Shown: one piece after another, positions 13,101 through 23,695 of the stretch | How the letters are laid out: every line of letters begins with the position of its first letter | Position numbering within the stretch: position 1 is the first letter of the stretch | Source: Azolla caroliniana | Lineage: Eukaryota > Plantae > Polypodiophyta | Reading direction: 5' to 3' | DNA length: 64,000 bases | Assembly (NCBI GenBank): GCA_043228905.1 | Contig: JBHGNT010000012.1 | Location: 15,810,001 to 15,874,000, forward strand | Translations under genes and position numbers: made by a program | Notes under the pieces: model-generated | What the model was told of the DNA's origin: nothing | Database searches by the model: none | What the model saw: only the letters and a program-made list of their open reading frames with translations

Positions 13101-14266
13101 GCCGAAATCAGGTTCAATCGAACCTCCGGAACGTGTCGGACATCCTTCAGCAGCATTTTACATCCGGTTGATGTCATCAGCCACACGTCTCCTATGCCGG
13201 CAATCCGGCATGTGCCTTCATTTCCCATCCGGACACAACCGTGCTCACCGGCTGTGTAGGATGAGAAGTATTTCTTCTCCGGGGTCAGGTGGAACGACGC
13301 TCCGGAATCGACCACCCAGGTCATCTCTACTCCGGCAAGGTTCAGCTCCCTCTCTTCGGTAATGAGCATTATCTCTTCTTCACTTGCCGCGAGTGCCGTC
13401 GTTCCTTTCCGGTCCTGCCCTCGCCGATCCGGACCTCTCCGGTCCGTGGCTCCCCGGTATGCACCGTTTCTCTCCGGTGACTTCTTCGAATCGGTGTCGT
13501 CGGCTCCGTTGTCTTTTCGGTAATGCCGACAATTCTTTCGGAAGTGCCCCGGCTTCCCACAGTGGAAGCATGTAGGCCTTCCTCTTGACTGCGACCGGGT
13601 CCCCGACTTCTCCCGTCTTTGCGGACTCCGGTTCCATTGTCTTCCCCGATCCGATTCGGTAAGCAGCGCCTTCGTGTCGGAGGCCGGTTCTTTATCTCTC
13701 CGACGCGCTTCTTCGTTCAAAATACTTGTCTTTACCGTTTGTAAGGACAAGTTATCTTCGGTGCACGAGGTGCTGAGAGTCACCACCAAGTTCTCCCAGC
13801 TTTCCGGCAATGTACACATCAGGATGATGGCTTGCATTGCATCCTCCAACGGGAACTTGATCGCCGCAAGCTGATTCACGAATCCCATGAACGTGCTTAC
13901 GTGTTCCACCATACTCTCGCCGTCCCGGTACTTGAGATTCACTATCTTCCTCATCAGGGAGGTCCGGTTCAACGCATTCTTCCTCTCATAGAGGCCCGAC
14001 AGCTTCTTCCACATCTCGTATGCGTTGGTGTCGTTCGCCACATGTTGTAGGACGCTTACATCGACATATTGTCGGATCGTCGCTACGGCTTTCCGGTTCA
14101 GGAGCTTCCACTCCGACTCAAGTACCCCTTTCGGTATTTCCGACCTGTCAATCGGTTCGTACAGGTCCCGAACAATCAGAAGATCCTCCATCTTGATCTT
14201 CCAGTCGGCGTAATTTTGTGCATTCAGCACCATCATCCCCGGCTGCCCGCTGCCGCCGCCTTCCAT
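10193..14266 (-). CDS. gag-pol: Intact Copia gag-pol polyprotein (~1357 aa): Gag, CCHC, PR, IN, RT, RNase H
   Basis: Uninterrupted ORF from ATG 14266; CFHCGKPGHFRKNC, WVVDSGAS, WHKRLCH, LVHTDVC, YVDD, DSQSAIHLAKN. Confidence 0.95.
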   Translation of the reverse strand: MEGGGSGQPGMMVLNAQNYADWKIKMEDLLIVRDLYEPIDRSEIPKGVLESEWKLLNRKAVATIRQYVDVSVLQHVANDTNAYEMWKKLSGLYERKNALNRTSLMRKIVNLKYRDGESMVEHVSTFMGFVNQLAAIKFPLEDAMQAIILMCTLPESWENLVVTLSTSCTEDNLSLQTVKTSILNEEARRRDKEPASDTKALLTESDRGRQWNRSPQRREKSGTRSQSRGRPTCFHCGKPGHFRKNCRHYRKDNGADDTDSKKSPERNGAYRGATDRRGPDRRGQDRKGTTALAASEEEIMLITEERELNLAGVEMTWVVDSGASFHLTPEKKYFSSYTAGEHGCVRMGNEGTCRIAGIGDVWLMTSTGCKMLLKDVRHVPEVRLNLISAGRLDDEGYTGSIRNGVMKFSKGSLIVARARKVNTLYLMNSRLCPEELNVAADTAGELWHKRLCHMSEKGMKRLAEDNLIPVKHVHLEKCTDCLAGKQNRTSFHSRPPTRRSAPLELVHTDVCQVETKSHGGAQYFVTFIDDHSRKLWTAPLKTKDRVLSVFKELHARVERESGKKLKAIRADNGGEYRGQFQEYCRSKGIRLEFTVPKTPELNGLAERMNRTIMERVRSMLAHAKLPKGFWAEAMSTATYVINRSPSVPLDGDTPQRVWTGREVSYRHLKVFGCLAYVHVAKDRRGKLDPKTRPCIFLGYGDDEFGYRVWDPVDKKIFRSRDIIFMEDKTLADWESEKKMKSSKSTGEDQLYEEQSRPARDRLALEDLAEDGEEIEPAEEDENDTGTGPDPAMDSDEEESEEPVTEAPERRYPLRERRAPRRFPEPEHVLLTDEGEPESLEEAKHDTHSRRWLSAMQDEMDSLHENHTYELVELPKGKRALRNKWVFKLKSGDAGNPPRYKARIVVKGFQQKKGVDFDEIFAPVVKMTSIRTVLSIAASMDLEIEQMDVKTAFLHGDLDEEIYMQQPEGFEKKGKEHLVCRLKKSLYGLKQAPRQWYRKFDSFMTDEGYLKTQSDHCVFVKKFEGGDFLILLLYVDDMLIVGRDQVKIRMLKKALHRTFSMKDLGPARQILGMHIIRDRKKKQLWLSQEKYVTKVLHRFNMSEARPVGSTLPANCKLSSKQSPKTKAEKEDMMKVPYASAVGSLMYAMVCTRPDIGYAVGVVSRYMSNPGKEHWNAVKWILRYLKGTTNVCLRFGSGKPELDGFTDSDMSADADTSRSTSGYVMTYAGGAVSWQSRLQKTVALSTTEAEYMAAVEAGKEIIWMKDFIRELGIQQEEYRLYCDSQSAIHLAKNAAYHSRTKHIQRRYHWIRERIEDQEFVLTKIHTDENGSDMLTKVLTPDKLEACRKRVGLERHPMPK

Positions 14267-14296
14267 TTTCTGCAGCAGTTCGCTCTGATACCAGTT

Positions 14297-14945
14297 TGTA
14301 AGGAATCGACACTTAGATTCACCTTCTTCGCTCGGCCACAACCGAGTAAGCACGAATCGATGGAGCAGAAAATAGGAACCACAAAGAGAAACAAACAAAA
14401 CGCGAACACAGGGATTAACGTGGAAAACCCTAGATGGGAAAAACCACGGGAGTACAAGACTCCAAATCAACACTATACAGAGAAGTATACAATGGCGAGC
14501 TGCAAGGCAACGACCTTGAGCTCGCTTTCTTCGCCACAGGCGGCGGAAATACACAGAGGCGTCGACCTCTTCCTCTCTCACGCTCTTTCTTTCTCTCTTT
14601 CTCACGGCTGCTCTCTCTTCACACCTCTAGAGTGGAAAAACAGAAAAATGAGAAGCAACAGTAAAACTGTTTGCCCTAAGTCATATTTATACACATATGA
14701 CTTTGGGGCTATTTACAACTATAGCCTCAAGGGCCCTTGGCAAACATATTCACAGATATGTCCCCGCATCCGGATCTCTCTCCGGGTACATTCGGCATCC
14801 GGCTCCGTAGCCGGGGTCTTCATCATCCGGATCCGAAACCGGGTCTTCGTCATCCGGTTCCAATACCGGGTACTCCTCATTCGGGTCTTCATTCCCGATT
14901 CCCGGACATCTGATCATCCCATCCGGAGGGACCGTAATCCCTACA
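14297..14945 (-). repeat. 5' LTR of C2
   Basis: TG..CA termini, adjacent to the PBS. Confidence 0.95.
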
Positions 14946-15153
14946 GATATCCCTCATGATCATTTCGACCCGGTAAGCCTCCAAATAACTTGTGGCGTCT
15001 TTCCCTCCGAACCGGCCTATCGTGGCGACGATCGATTCAACGGCTCTGTCGAGGGTACCCGTCCCCTCATGAGCGCTTACCAACCGGTCAACGGCTACAA
15101 CCATTGCCTCCGCTAGCTCCGATCCCCTCATCTTTCGACTCCTCTGCCGCCTT

Positions 15154-15171
15154 TTCACGTCGGGTTCACCA
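15154..15171 (-). promoter_or_regulatory. PBS complementary to the 3' end of plant tRNA-Trp
   Basis: TGGTGAACCCGACGTGAA, 4 nt inside the LTR; same site at 47330-47347 and, degenerate, at 62641-62658. Confidence 0.85.
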
Positions 15172-15236
15172 AATATGTCGCGTTGTTACGCGCGTGTGTG
15201 GGGAAGGAGGCAGGACCATGGGGGTCTCGGACCAAG

Positions 15237-15275
<39 letters not shown>

Positions 15276-15789
15276 GTACACAGAGAGAGATTAAGAGCAA
15301 GGAAAACAGGAATCTGATTACTATAGTTAGTGACGGGAACTCAACGCTCCTTATGCACAACGCTCGGCCACAACCGAGATTCTTTTCATACACAGGAAAC
15401 AGGAAACGAAAACACGCGACACAAAGGAGAGAAAAGGGTACACAGAATGTTTACGTGGAAAACCCAAAGAGGGAAAAACCACGGCAGCCCATAGGCTGCA
15501 AACTGTCACTAAGTTGGAATGTACAAAACAGTGAGTTCACGAAGGCAACGACCTCGTGCTCACGATCTTCGCCACAGGCGGCGGTTACAACAGAGGCAGC
15601 GACCTCTTTCTCTCTCTCTCTCTTTGTACACTGTTACGTGCTCTCTCTTCTTCTTGCACCAACAAGAAAATGACAACCACTACTAAAGGTTTGCCCTAAG
15701 TCATATTTATACTAATATGACTTTTCGGCTATTTACAAATATAGCCTCGATGGGCTCTAAGAAACATATTTACGAATATGTCTCTTCCT

Positions 15790-16125
15790 CCGGTTCTCAC
15801 TAGGTCTGCGTCATCCAGCTCTCCGTAGCTGGGTGCTCCTCATCCGGTTCTCACCGGGCCTGCACCATCCGGCTCTCCGTAGCCGGGTGCTCCTCATCCG
15901 GTTCTCACCGGGCCTGCACCATCCGGCTCTCCGTAGCCGGGTACTCCTCATCCGGTTCACATCGGGTCTGCACCATCCGGCTCTCCGTAGCCGGGTACTC
16001 CTCATCCGGTCTTCACCGGGTTTGTATCATCCGGCTCTCCGTAGCCGGGTCCTCCTCATCCGGTCTTCACCGGGTCTGTATCATCCTGCTCTCCGTAGCC
16101 GGGTCCTCCTCATCCGGTTTCGGTT
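15790..16125. repeat. 54-bp tandem repeat, ~6 copies, in the C3 3' LTR U3 (~4 copies at 19690-19905)
   Basis: Unit CCGGGTCTGCACCATCCGGCTCTCCGTAGCCGGGTACTCCTCATCCGGTTCTCA. Confidence 0.92.
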
Positions 16126-16186
16126 CATCGGCACTGTTCTTCTCCCTTCCCATCCGGAGGGACCTGTCTCCCAACAAACTCCCCCT

Positions 16187-18775
16187 TCACTCCGGCATGG
16201 GGTGTCTTACCAGTCTGATCCACTTCTGGCATGTGTCCAGCTTGTCGGGTGTCAGCGCTTTGGTCAACATATCTGATCCGTTCTCGGCCGTGTGGATCTT
16301 CGTCAGTGCGAACTCCTGGTCATCTACTCTTTCGTGGATCCAGTGATACCTCCGCTGGATATGCTTCGTCCGGGAATGGTAGGCCGCATTCTTAGCAAGG
16401 TGGATGGCACTTTGACTGTCGCAATAGAGTCGATATTCCTCTTGCCGTATACCGAGCTCTCCGATGAAGTCCTTCATCCATAAAATTTCCTTGCCGGCTT
16501 CCACAACTGCCATGTACTCCGGCTCTGTGGTTGACAATGCAACTGTCTTCTGCAGCCTCAACTGCCACGAAACAGCTCCCCCTGCATATGTCATTACATA
16601 CCCAGATGTAGACCGGCTGGTATCCACATCAGCCGACATGTCCGAATCGGTGAAACCGTCCAGTTGAGGTTTTCCGGAGCCGAATCGGAGACACATATTT
16701 GAAGTGCCCTTCAAATACCGGAGTAACCATTTGACCGCGTTCCAGTGCTCCTTGCCGGGATTACTCATGAACTGGCTCCCCACTCCGACTGCGTATCCTA
16801 TGTCCGGTCGGGTACAAACCATTGTGTACATCAAGCTCCCGATGGCAGAGACATATGGAATCTTCATCATATCCGCCTTCTCTGCTTTCGTCTTCGGGCT
16901 TTGCTCGCCGGATAGCTTGCAGTTTGCCGGAAGTGTCGATCCGACCGGTTTCGCTTCTGACATGTTGAACCGGTGAAGCACCTTTGTCACATACTTCTCC
17001 TGTGATAGCCATAATTGCTTCGCTAACCGGTTCCGGATGATGTGCATCCCCAACATCTGTCTTGCCGGACCCAAGTCTTTCATTGAGAAGGTCCGGTTGA
17101 GAGCCTTCTTCAGCATCCGTATTTTGACTTGGTCACGTCCGACGATCAACATGTCATCCACGTACAAAAGGAGTATTAGGAAGTCGCCTCCTTCGAACTT
17201 CTTCACAAACACACAGTGATCGGCCTGTGTCTTGTGGTACCCTTGATCGGTCATGAAGGAATCGAACTTCCGGTACCATTGTCGGGGAGCCTGCTTCAGT
17301 CCATACAGGATCTTCTTCAACCGGCATACCAGGTGCTCCTTCTCTTTCTCCACGAATCCTTCCGGTTGTTGCATGTAGATCTCCTCTTCGAGGTCGCCGT
17401 GAAGGAATGTCGTCTTCACGTCCAGCTGCTCTACCTCGAGGTCCATGCTTGCTGCTATACTCAGCACCGTCCGGATGGAGGTCATCTTTACTACCGGGGC
17501 AAATATCTCGTCAAAGTCCACGCCCTTCTTCTGCTGGAACCCCTTCACCACGATCCGGGCTTTGTATCTCTGGGGGTTTCCGGCATCTCCCGGTTTCAAC
17601 TTGTACAGCCACTTGTTTCGGAGTGCCCGCTTTCCTTTTGGCAACTCCACCAGTTCGTACGTATGGTTCTCATGCAGGGAATCCATCTCATCCTGCATGG
17701 CACTTAACCATTTTCGGTTGTGGGTGTCAACCTTCGCTTCTTCGAAGCTTTCCGGCTCCCCCTCATCGGTCAGTAGAACATGCTCTACATCCGGAAATCT
17801 CCGGGGGGCCCTTCTCTCTCTGAGAGGATATCTACGTCTTCGGGCTTCGGTAACCGGCTCCTCCATTTGCTCTTCATCCGAATCCGATTCGGGGTCTTGG
17901 CCGGTTCCCGTCTCAGCTTCCTCTACTTCTTCTTCTGCCGGTTCGGTATCCTCACCGTATCCGGCTGGTTCTTCGAATGCTAACCGGTCTCTGGCCGGTT
18001 GGGTCTGCTCATCGTAGAGTCGATCCTTACCGGTCGACTCGGAGTTCATTATCTTCTTCTCCGACTCCCAGTCGGCGAGTGTCTTGTCCTCCATGAAGAT
18101 AATATCTCGACTCCGGAATACCTTCTTGTCGACCGGGTCCCACACTCGGTAGCCGAACTCATCGTCACCGTAACCGAGGAATATGCATGGCCGGGTCTTT
18201 GGATCTAACTTTCCTCTCCGGTCCTTTGCTACATGCACGTACGCGAGACACCCGAACACCTTCAGATGCCGGTAGGACACTTCCTTACCGGTCCACACTC
18301 TCTGTGGCGTGTCTCCGTCCAAGGGTACTGAGGGTGATCTATTTATCACATATGTCGTCGTCGATAATGCCTCAGCCCAAAACTTCTTGGGTAGTTTTGC
18401 ATGCGCTAGCATACTCCGTACCCTCTCCATTATGGTCCGGTTCATCCTCTCGGCCAGTCCGTTTAGTTCCGGCGTCTTCGGCAGGGTAAATTCGAGCTAG
18501 ATTCCCTTCGAGCGACAATACTCCTCGAACTGCCCCCGGTATTCACCTCCATTATCTGCTCGAACCGACTTCAGCTTCCGACCGGTTTCTCTTTGCACTC
18601 TCGCGTGGAGCTCTTTGAAGATGGATAGCACCTGATCCTTCGTCTTCAACGGTGTGGTGCATTACGTCTCATCAGTGGCCTTGGTCGGAAGGAGGTCCGG
18701 TTCTGCTTACCGGCCAAACAATCAGTGCACTTCTCTAAGTGCACGTTCTTCACTGGAATGAGGTTGTCGTCTAGT
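16187..18775 (-). pseudogene. pol: C3 pol: partial integrase, RT, RNase H
   Basis: ORF 16187-18445 is highly similar to C2 pol; stop near 18500; deletions near 18655 and 18775. Confidence 0.9.
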
Positions 18776-18779
18776 ACCT

Positions 18780-19198
18780 CATCGGCGAGAGGTACTTCCA
18801 ATGAAGTTGCCTGGTGTCAGCCCCTGGAAGGCATTCATGTGCTCCGCCATGCTGGAGCCATCTTGGTACCGGAGTCTTACTAGCTTCCGGAATACCGAAA
18901 CCTGATTAACAACATTTTTGTTCTAAAACATAATGCTGATCTTCTCCCAGAGCTCATGAGCCTTGCTCTCCTCATTGAAGTTGTTGTATAGGCTCATTTC
19001 GATGAAGCACCGTATGTACGTCGTTGTCTTCATGTGCATCACCTCCCATATCGTGGCATCGATTTTGTCGGGTCTCTTGTCCCCAAACTGAACCGGCAAC
19101 CAAAGATCTTTAACCACGAGCATATCCCTCATCTTCGACTTCCACATTGAATAGTTGGAGCCGGTGAGCTTGAACATGCCGCCCAACGATTCGTCCAT
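18780..19198 (-). pseudogene. gag: C3 gag N-terminus (truncated)
   Basis: MDESLGGMFKLTGSNYSMWKSKM, a Copia gag N-terminal motif; stop at 18923. Confidence 0.8.
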
Positions 19199-19966
19199 TT
19201 TCTGTGTCATTTCGCTCTGATACCACTTGTCGGGAACTAAAACGCTCATACGCAACGCTCGGCCACAACTGAGCTTAGAATCATACACAGAAAACGGGAA
19301 ATAAATGCACGACACAAAGAAGAGAAGGGTACACAGGATGTTTACGTGGAAAACCCAAACTAGGGAAAAACCACGGCAGCCCACAGGCTGCAAACTATCA
19401 CTATGTTAGAATGTACAACAATGAGTTCACGGAGGCAACGACCTCGTGCTCACGATCTTCGCCACAGGCGGCGGTTACAATAGAGGCAGCGACCTCTTAC
19501 TCTCTCCCTTTCTCTCTGTACACTGTTACCTCTTAATCTTGTGCAAAAGCAAGAAAAACGACAACAACAACTAAAAGTTTGCCCTAAGTCATATTTATAC
19601 TAATATGACTTTTCGGCTATTTACAAATATAGCCACGATGGACTCTCAGAAACATATTTACGAATATGTCTCTTCATCCGGTGAGCACTCCTCACCGGGT
19701 CTGCACCATCCGGCTCTCCGTAGCCGGGTACTCCTCATCCGGTTCTCACCGGGTCTGCACCATCCGGCTCTCCGTAGCTGGGTACTCCTCATCCGGTTCT
19801 CACCGGGTTTGCACCATCCGGCTCTCCGTAGCCGGGTACTCCTCATCCGGTTCTCACCGGGTCTGCACCATCTGGCTCTCCGTAGCCGGGTACTCCTCAT
19901 CCGGTTTCGGCCGTTCATCAACACTGTTCTTCTCCCTTCCCATCCAGAGGGACTTGTCTCCCAACA

Positions 19967-20680
19967 CAAAATTATTTAGTAATGGAGACTCCATGCCAAA
20001 GCTGAGCCGCTTAGCAATGTGTCTAGTAGACTCCACTTATTTAGTAATTATTTAGTAAACGGAGCAAACCATGCCAAAGCTGAGCCGCTCAACAACGTGC
20101 CTACTAGTCCCACTCGTGATCCATTAGTGGGATATCGGGAAGGATGCATTTGAATGACGAATTGAACTTGATTAAGGAATCCTCTAAATTGTGATCGTGT
20201 TCCATCGAATTTCATAGGAAGGCCGATCTTGGGTTCTTTATGAATCCCTTGAGTACTTGGTCCTTGTTGTTGCAACGCTACAATGGTTGCTTCAAGTTGT
20301 TGCATGAGTAACGCTAGCTCCCCATGTTGTTGTTGCGTTTGTTACTTTTCTAAAGAGATTTGTTGAAGATCCCCCAACGGCCATTGATTTTCTTGTTCCA
20401 ATGCGAGAAACTTTTTTTTCAAGTATTGTAGCTCCGAGAAAACGGATTGATATTCTTGAGCGCTAATAGTTTCCATAATATTGGAGAAACGAGGGATAAG
20501 AGGATTAGTATGAAGGAAGGGAGGAGTAAGAAAATAGACTAATTCGGTTCAAACTATTAGGAATAGTACTAAAGATGGAGAGGGAATTAGTACTAGAGGT
20601 AGAGGAGGATGAGTACTATGAGTACTTAAGAGGAGAAGATGGTGTGGAACTCACGAGAGAGAGGGAGGGAGAGATAGATA
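19967..20680 (-). mobile_element. Degenerate Tcn1-like remnant: 5' gag plus start of the 5' LTR (from 20555)
   Basis: KEPKIGLPMKFDGTRSQFRGFLNQV matches gag 33462-34631; TCGGTTCAAAC-LTR junction as at 34722-34733. Confidence 0.8.
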
Positions 20681-20682
20681 GA

Positions 20683-20885
20683 TAGATAGATTATATTATC
20701 GTATTCGGAGGTCAAATATGACCTATGATACCAAAAATATTACATTTCACGTGATGCATCATGAAGCAAGTGTCTCACATCCCATCTACCAAACCATTTT
20801 TTTCTATATCTTGCATCCAACCGGAACATTTTTGGTCTCATAGGTCATATTTGACCTCAGAAGATGATAATATAATCTATCTATC
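20683..20885. mobile_element. MITE/foldback-like element with ~55-bp inverted arms, flanked by (GATA)n and (TATC)n
   Basis: 20683-20738 is the reverse complement of 20828-20885 with few mismatches. Confidence 0.6.
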
Positions 20886-20992
20886 CATCCATCCAACTAT
20901 CTATCTATCTTTAACTATCCTATTTTATTGCTACTCATGTTGTTTGCTAAACTGACAAACAAGTCCTCAGTCATCTTCCACAACATCAACGT

Positions 20993-21395
20993 TGTTGCGA
21001 AGATACGCGTTCATGCGTGCTTCACTTGAACGGGACCATCAGGGTCTCAGACCGAGGAGGACGTCTGTCAAGTAATGGAGAAGAGAACGATGTGATTATA
21101 AGAAGAACAAGAAGAAGTATAATAAGATTGATTGAAGATAAAATAAGATGAACAATAATAACTATAATTATAAGAAGAATTTTATATTTATGATGATGGT
21201 GATGGTGATTATATCCTCTATTGAGCCCCTTACACAAGCCCAATTAGAGGCTTTTATAGGCCTCTCCATGCTTGGGACATGCATAAAACCATGGGCTAAA
21301 ACCATGGTTTTGTGCACACGGTTTTGCTTATGACATGCACAAAACCATAGGCTTAAAACCATGGTTTTCTGCACACGGTTTTTTACATTTGTTTC
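20993..21395 (-). repeat. LTR related to the Trp-primed Gypsy family, interrupted by Copia C4
   Basis: Starts TGTTGCGAAGAT after ACGT; carries the family motif GGGACC..GGGTCTCAGACC; similar to 22309-22967. Confidence 0.75.
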
Positions 21396-22040
21396 TGTTG
21401 AGAATCAAGCTCAACATAGTGCAACGTGTGAACACACCTTTTGAGAATCTATGATTACTCAAAGGTCAAGAGTCACACCACTACTCTCTACACATTAACT
21501 ATGTGTCATAGAATCATATTCTATGACACATAACTAATGAGTTACATATTCCCCATGACTATGAGTCTTCACATTCCCCAAGAGAGAGAGTGGTTGTTGT
21601 AGTTAGTTAATGAAGAGAGAGGGTGACTATATATAAAGCACCCTCCTTACACTTCATACTAAGTCGGTTGTGACTTCTTGTAATGCTACAATTTTGTATC
21701 TCCATTCTACTTGTGAAATATACATCTTCTTATTCTTGAGTATTTTATTTCTCTTGCTTATCTATCTTGTGTTCTCTTCTCTCCTCTATTTTTCTCTCTA
21801 TCTCTCTCACACACACATACACATAACACACATATCTATTCCGCTGCACAAGAATCACCATCGATTCTTTACATTGTATCAGAGCGATTTGGTAGCTTGA
21901 ACTAGCCCACTCGCCTCATCGTCATCTTGTGTTGTGCTCTACACCAACGTTCAAGAAGAACTGACTCATCACTATTGTAGTACCATTACATAGGTCGTGT
22001 TCGAGAGAGAAGGAAAAGAAGAAAGGAATCTTAATCGACA

Positions 22041-23695
22041 ATGAATACTCAAATGGGGAGCGGTCTCCCTAGTGAGAAGTTGGACCGAAACAACTTCGCA
22101 TCTTGGGAGTACAAGATGCACCAATACCTTGTCAACCAAGGCTATTGGGGTTACATCAAAGGAGCACAAGAAAACCGACCCGACCCGAAAGACGCCGACT
22201 ACGCAACATGGGAGCAAGCAGCAAGCCAAGTGATGTATTACTTGGCGACATGTGTTCACAACCACATGCTCGGCTACATTCGAGAAGCCGAGATGCCGAA
22301 GGAAGCATTGTTGCGAAGATGCGCGTGCGTGCGTGCTTCGCTTGAGCGGGACCACCGGGGTCTCAGACCGGTGAGGATGTTCGCGAAATTGTTGAAAAGA
22401 TGACGATGTGTATGTAGGAATCGAGGAAACTAATGTCACACTTTGAGAAGATCGAAAGATTGACAATTATAAGAAGTATAATAATATTGATCGATAGTAA
22501 AAGAAGAAGAAAAATAAGAAGTATATTTATAAGAAGAATTTTATATTGATGGTGATATCACATATTGAGCCCCCCCTTTACGCAAGCCTTACGAGGGTGG
22601 TTTTTATAGGTCTATCCATGCACAAAACCATAGGCTTGGACCCATGGTTTTTGGGCACACGGTTTTTCTTGTGGCATGCACAAAACCATGGGCTTGGAAC
22701 ATGGTTTTGTGCACATGGTTTTGTACAGTTGTTTTCCTATGTCTTTTGAATATGAAAAGAAATTTACATAACATCTAAAGTACTTGGTAGATTCCCTAAT
22801 GGTAAGAAAAATGTCTTCTATCTCGGAGGTGCAAGGTTCAATCTTGCTTGCACCCCCTTGTATGCATTAGGCCTTAGGATAATTTTTATATTTATAATCG
22901 TTTGTATAATGTGCGTGGAACTACACTATTTCGCAATTTCTCCCATTGGACATGCAACATCACGACAACGTGGGAGAATCTATGAAAGATTTTTGCCACC
23001 AACACGACCGCGAGAAAGCTTCAACTCCGCCAAGAGTCGAACAACATCCAACAACGGGATATGTCCATCACAAGCTACACCTTGAAGATCAAGGAGCTTT
23101 GTGATGCACTCGGCTCGATAAGCGTCAATGTGGAGGATGACAAAATGGTGCAAATATGACTCGGCGCCCTTGCACCACGGTTCGGCGCAATGCGGACCGC
23201 CGTACTAGCATGAGAGAATCTGCCCTCCTTCGATCTTCAATCCATGTTGTTGGTCGAAGAAAATCATGTTCGAACAAGGAGCAATGCCTCGGAAGGACAC
23301 ATGCTCTACATGCATTCGGACGGAGGAAGAGGACGCGATCGTGCAAGAAGAGGCCAATTCGACCAAGGACGAGGTGGACGAGGCCCGACTTATGAAAACA
23401 ACTTGCAATTTCGGCATCAAGACAGAAGTCATCAAGGAACCTTTGGAAGAAGGGGGAGCTTCCATTCCGGTTCAAGCCGACAAAACTCAGTCGAATGCAA
23501 ATATTGCGGGAAAATCGGTCACCACAAAGAAGAATGTCGTAAGAAGATACGGGAGTCGGCTTCCACTAGCCGACAACTCACCAACTACGCCACCAACTCC
23601 GACTATGACGATCGTGGCAGAATGTTCATGATGAGACATAGAGCAAATTTTATGTTGGCTTCTACTTCAACTAGTGCCTCGGGTCCGGAAGACGT
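22041..23695 (+). pseudogene. gag: C4 gag, interrupted by a solo LTR
   Basis: KLDRNNFASWEYKM; CKYCGKIGHHKEEC knuckle; stops and frameshifts. Confidence 0.82.
22309..22967 (-). repeat. Solo LTR (659 bp) related to the Trp-primed family, inside C4 gag
   Basis: TGTTGCG..CACGACA; flanks GCAT/ACGT; host frame PKEA|WENL is restored when it is removed. Confidence 0.82.

Larger units (their letters stand above)
9534..14945 (-). mobile_element. Intact Tnt1/Tork-like Copia C2 inserted in G1 gag
   Basis: 649-bp LTRs 9534-10182 and 14297-14945 (one mismatch seen); TSD GATAT at 9529-9533 and 14946-14950; iMet PBS 14282-14293; PPT 10183-10195. Confidence 0.97.
3415..15330 (-). mobile_element. Gypsy G1 (tRNA-Trp-primed family), degenerate autonomous copy; 3' LTR 3415-4100, 5' LTR remnant 15176-15330
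   Basis: The two LTR copies match; PBS 15154-15171; gag-PR, RT, RNase H and integrase ORF fragments; left flank ACGC; gag is split by Copia C2. Confidence 0.92.
15331..19966 (-). mobile_element. Tnt1-like Copia C3, internally deleted and probably chimeric; LTRs 15331-16176 and 19228-19966
   Basis: iMet PBS 19214-19225; PPT after 16176; LTRs visibly divergent; flanks GTTAG and CAAAA do not match. Confidence 0.9.

Noticed and set aside
14267-14605. 113-codon hydrophobic N-terminal extension of the C2 polyprotein
   Set aside because: It starts at a non-ATG codon inside the LTR and runs through the PBS; ATG 14266 fits the normal gag start.
15811-16276. Repeat-protein ORFs (MRSTRLRRAGWC..)
   Set aside because: They are translations of the 54-bp U3 repeat, open in several frames.
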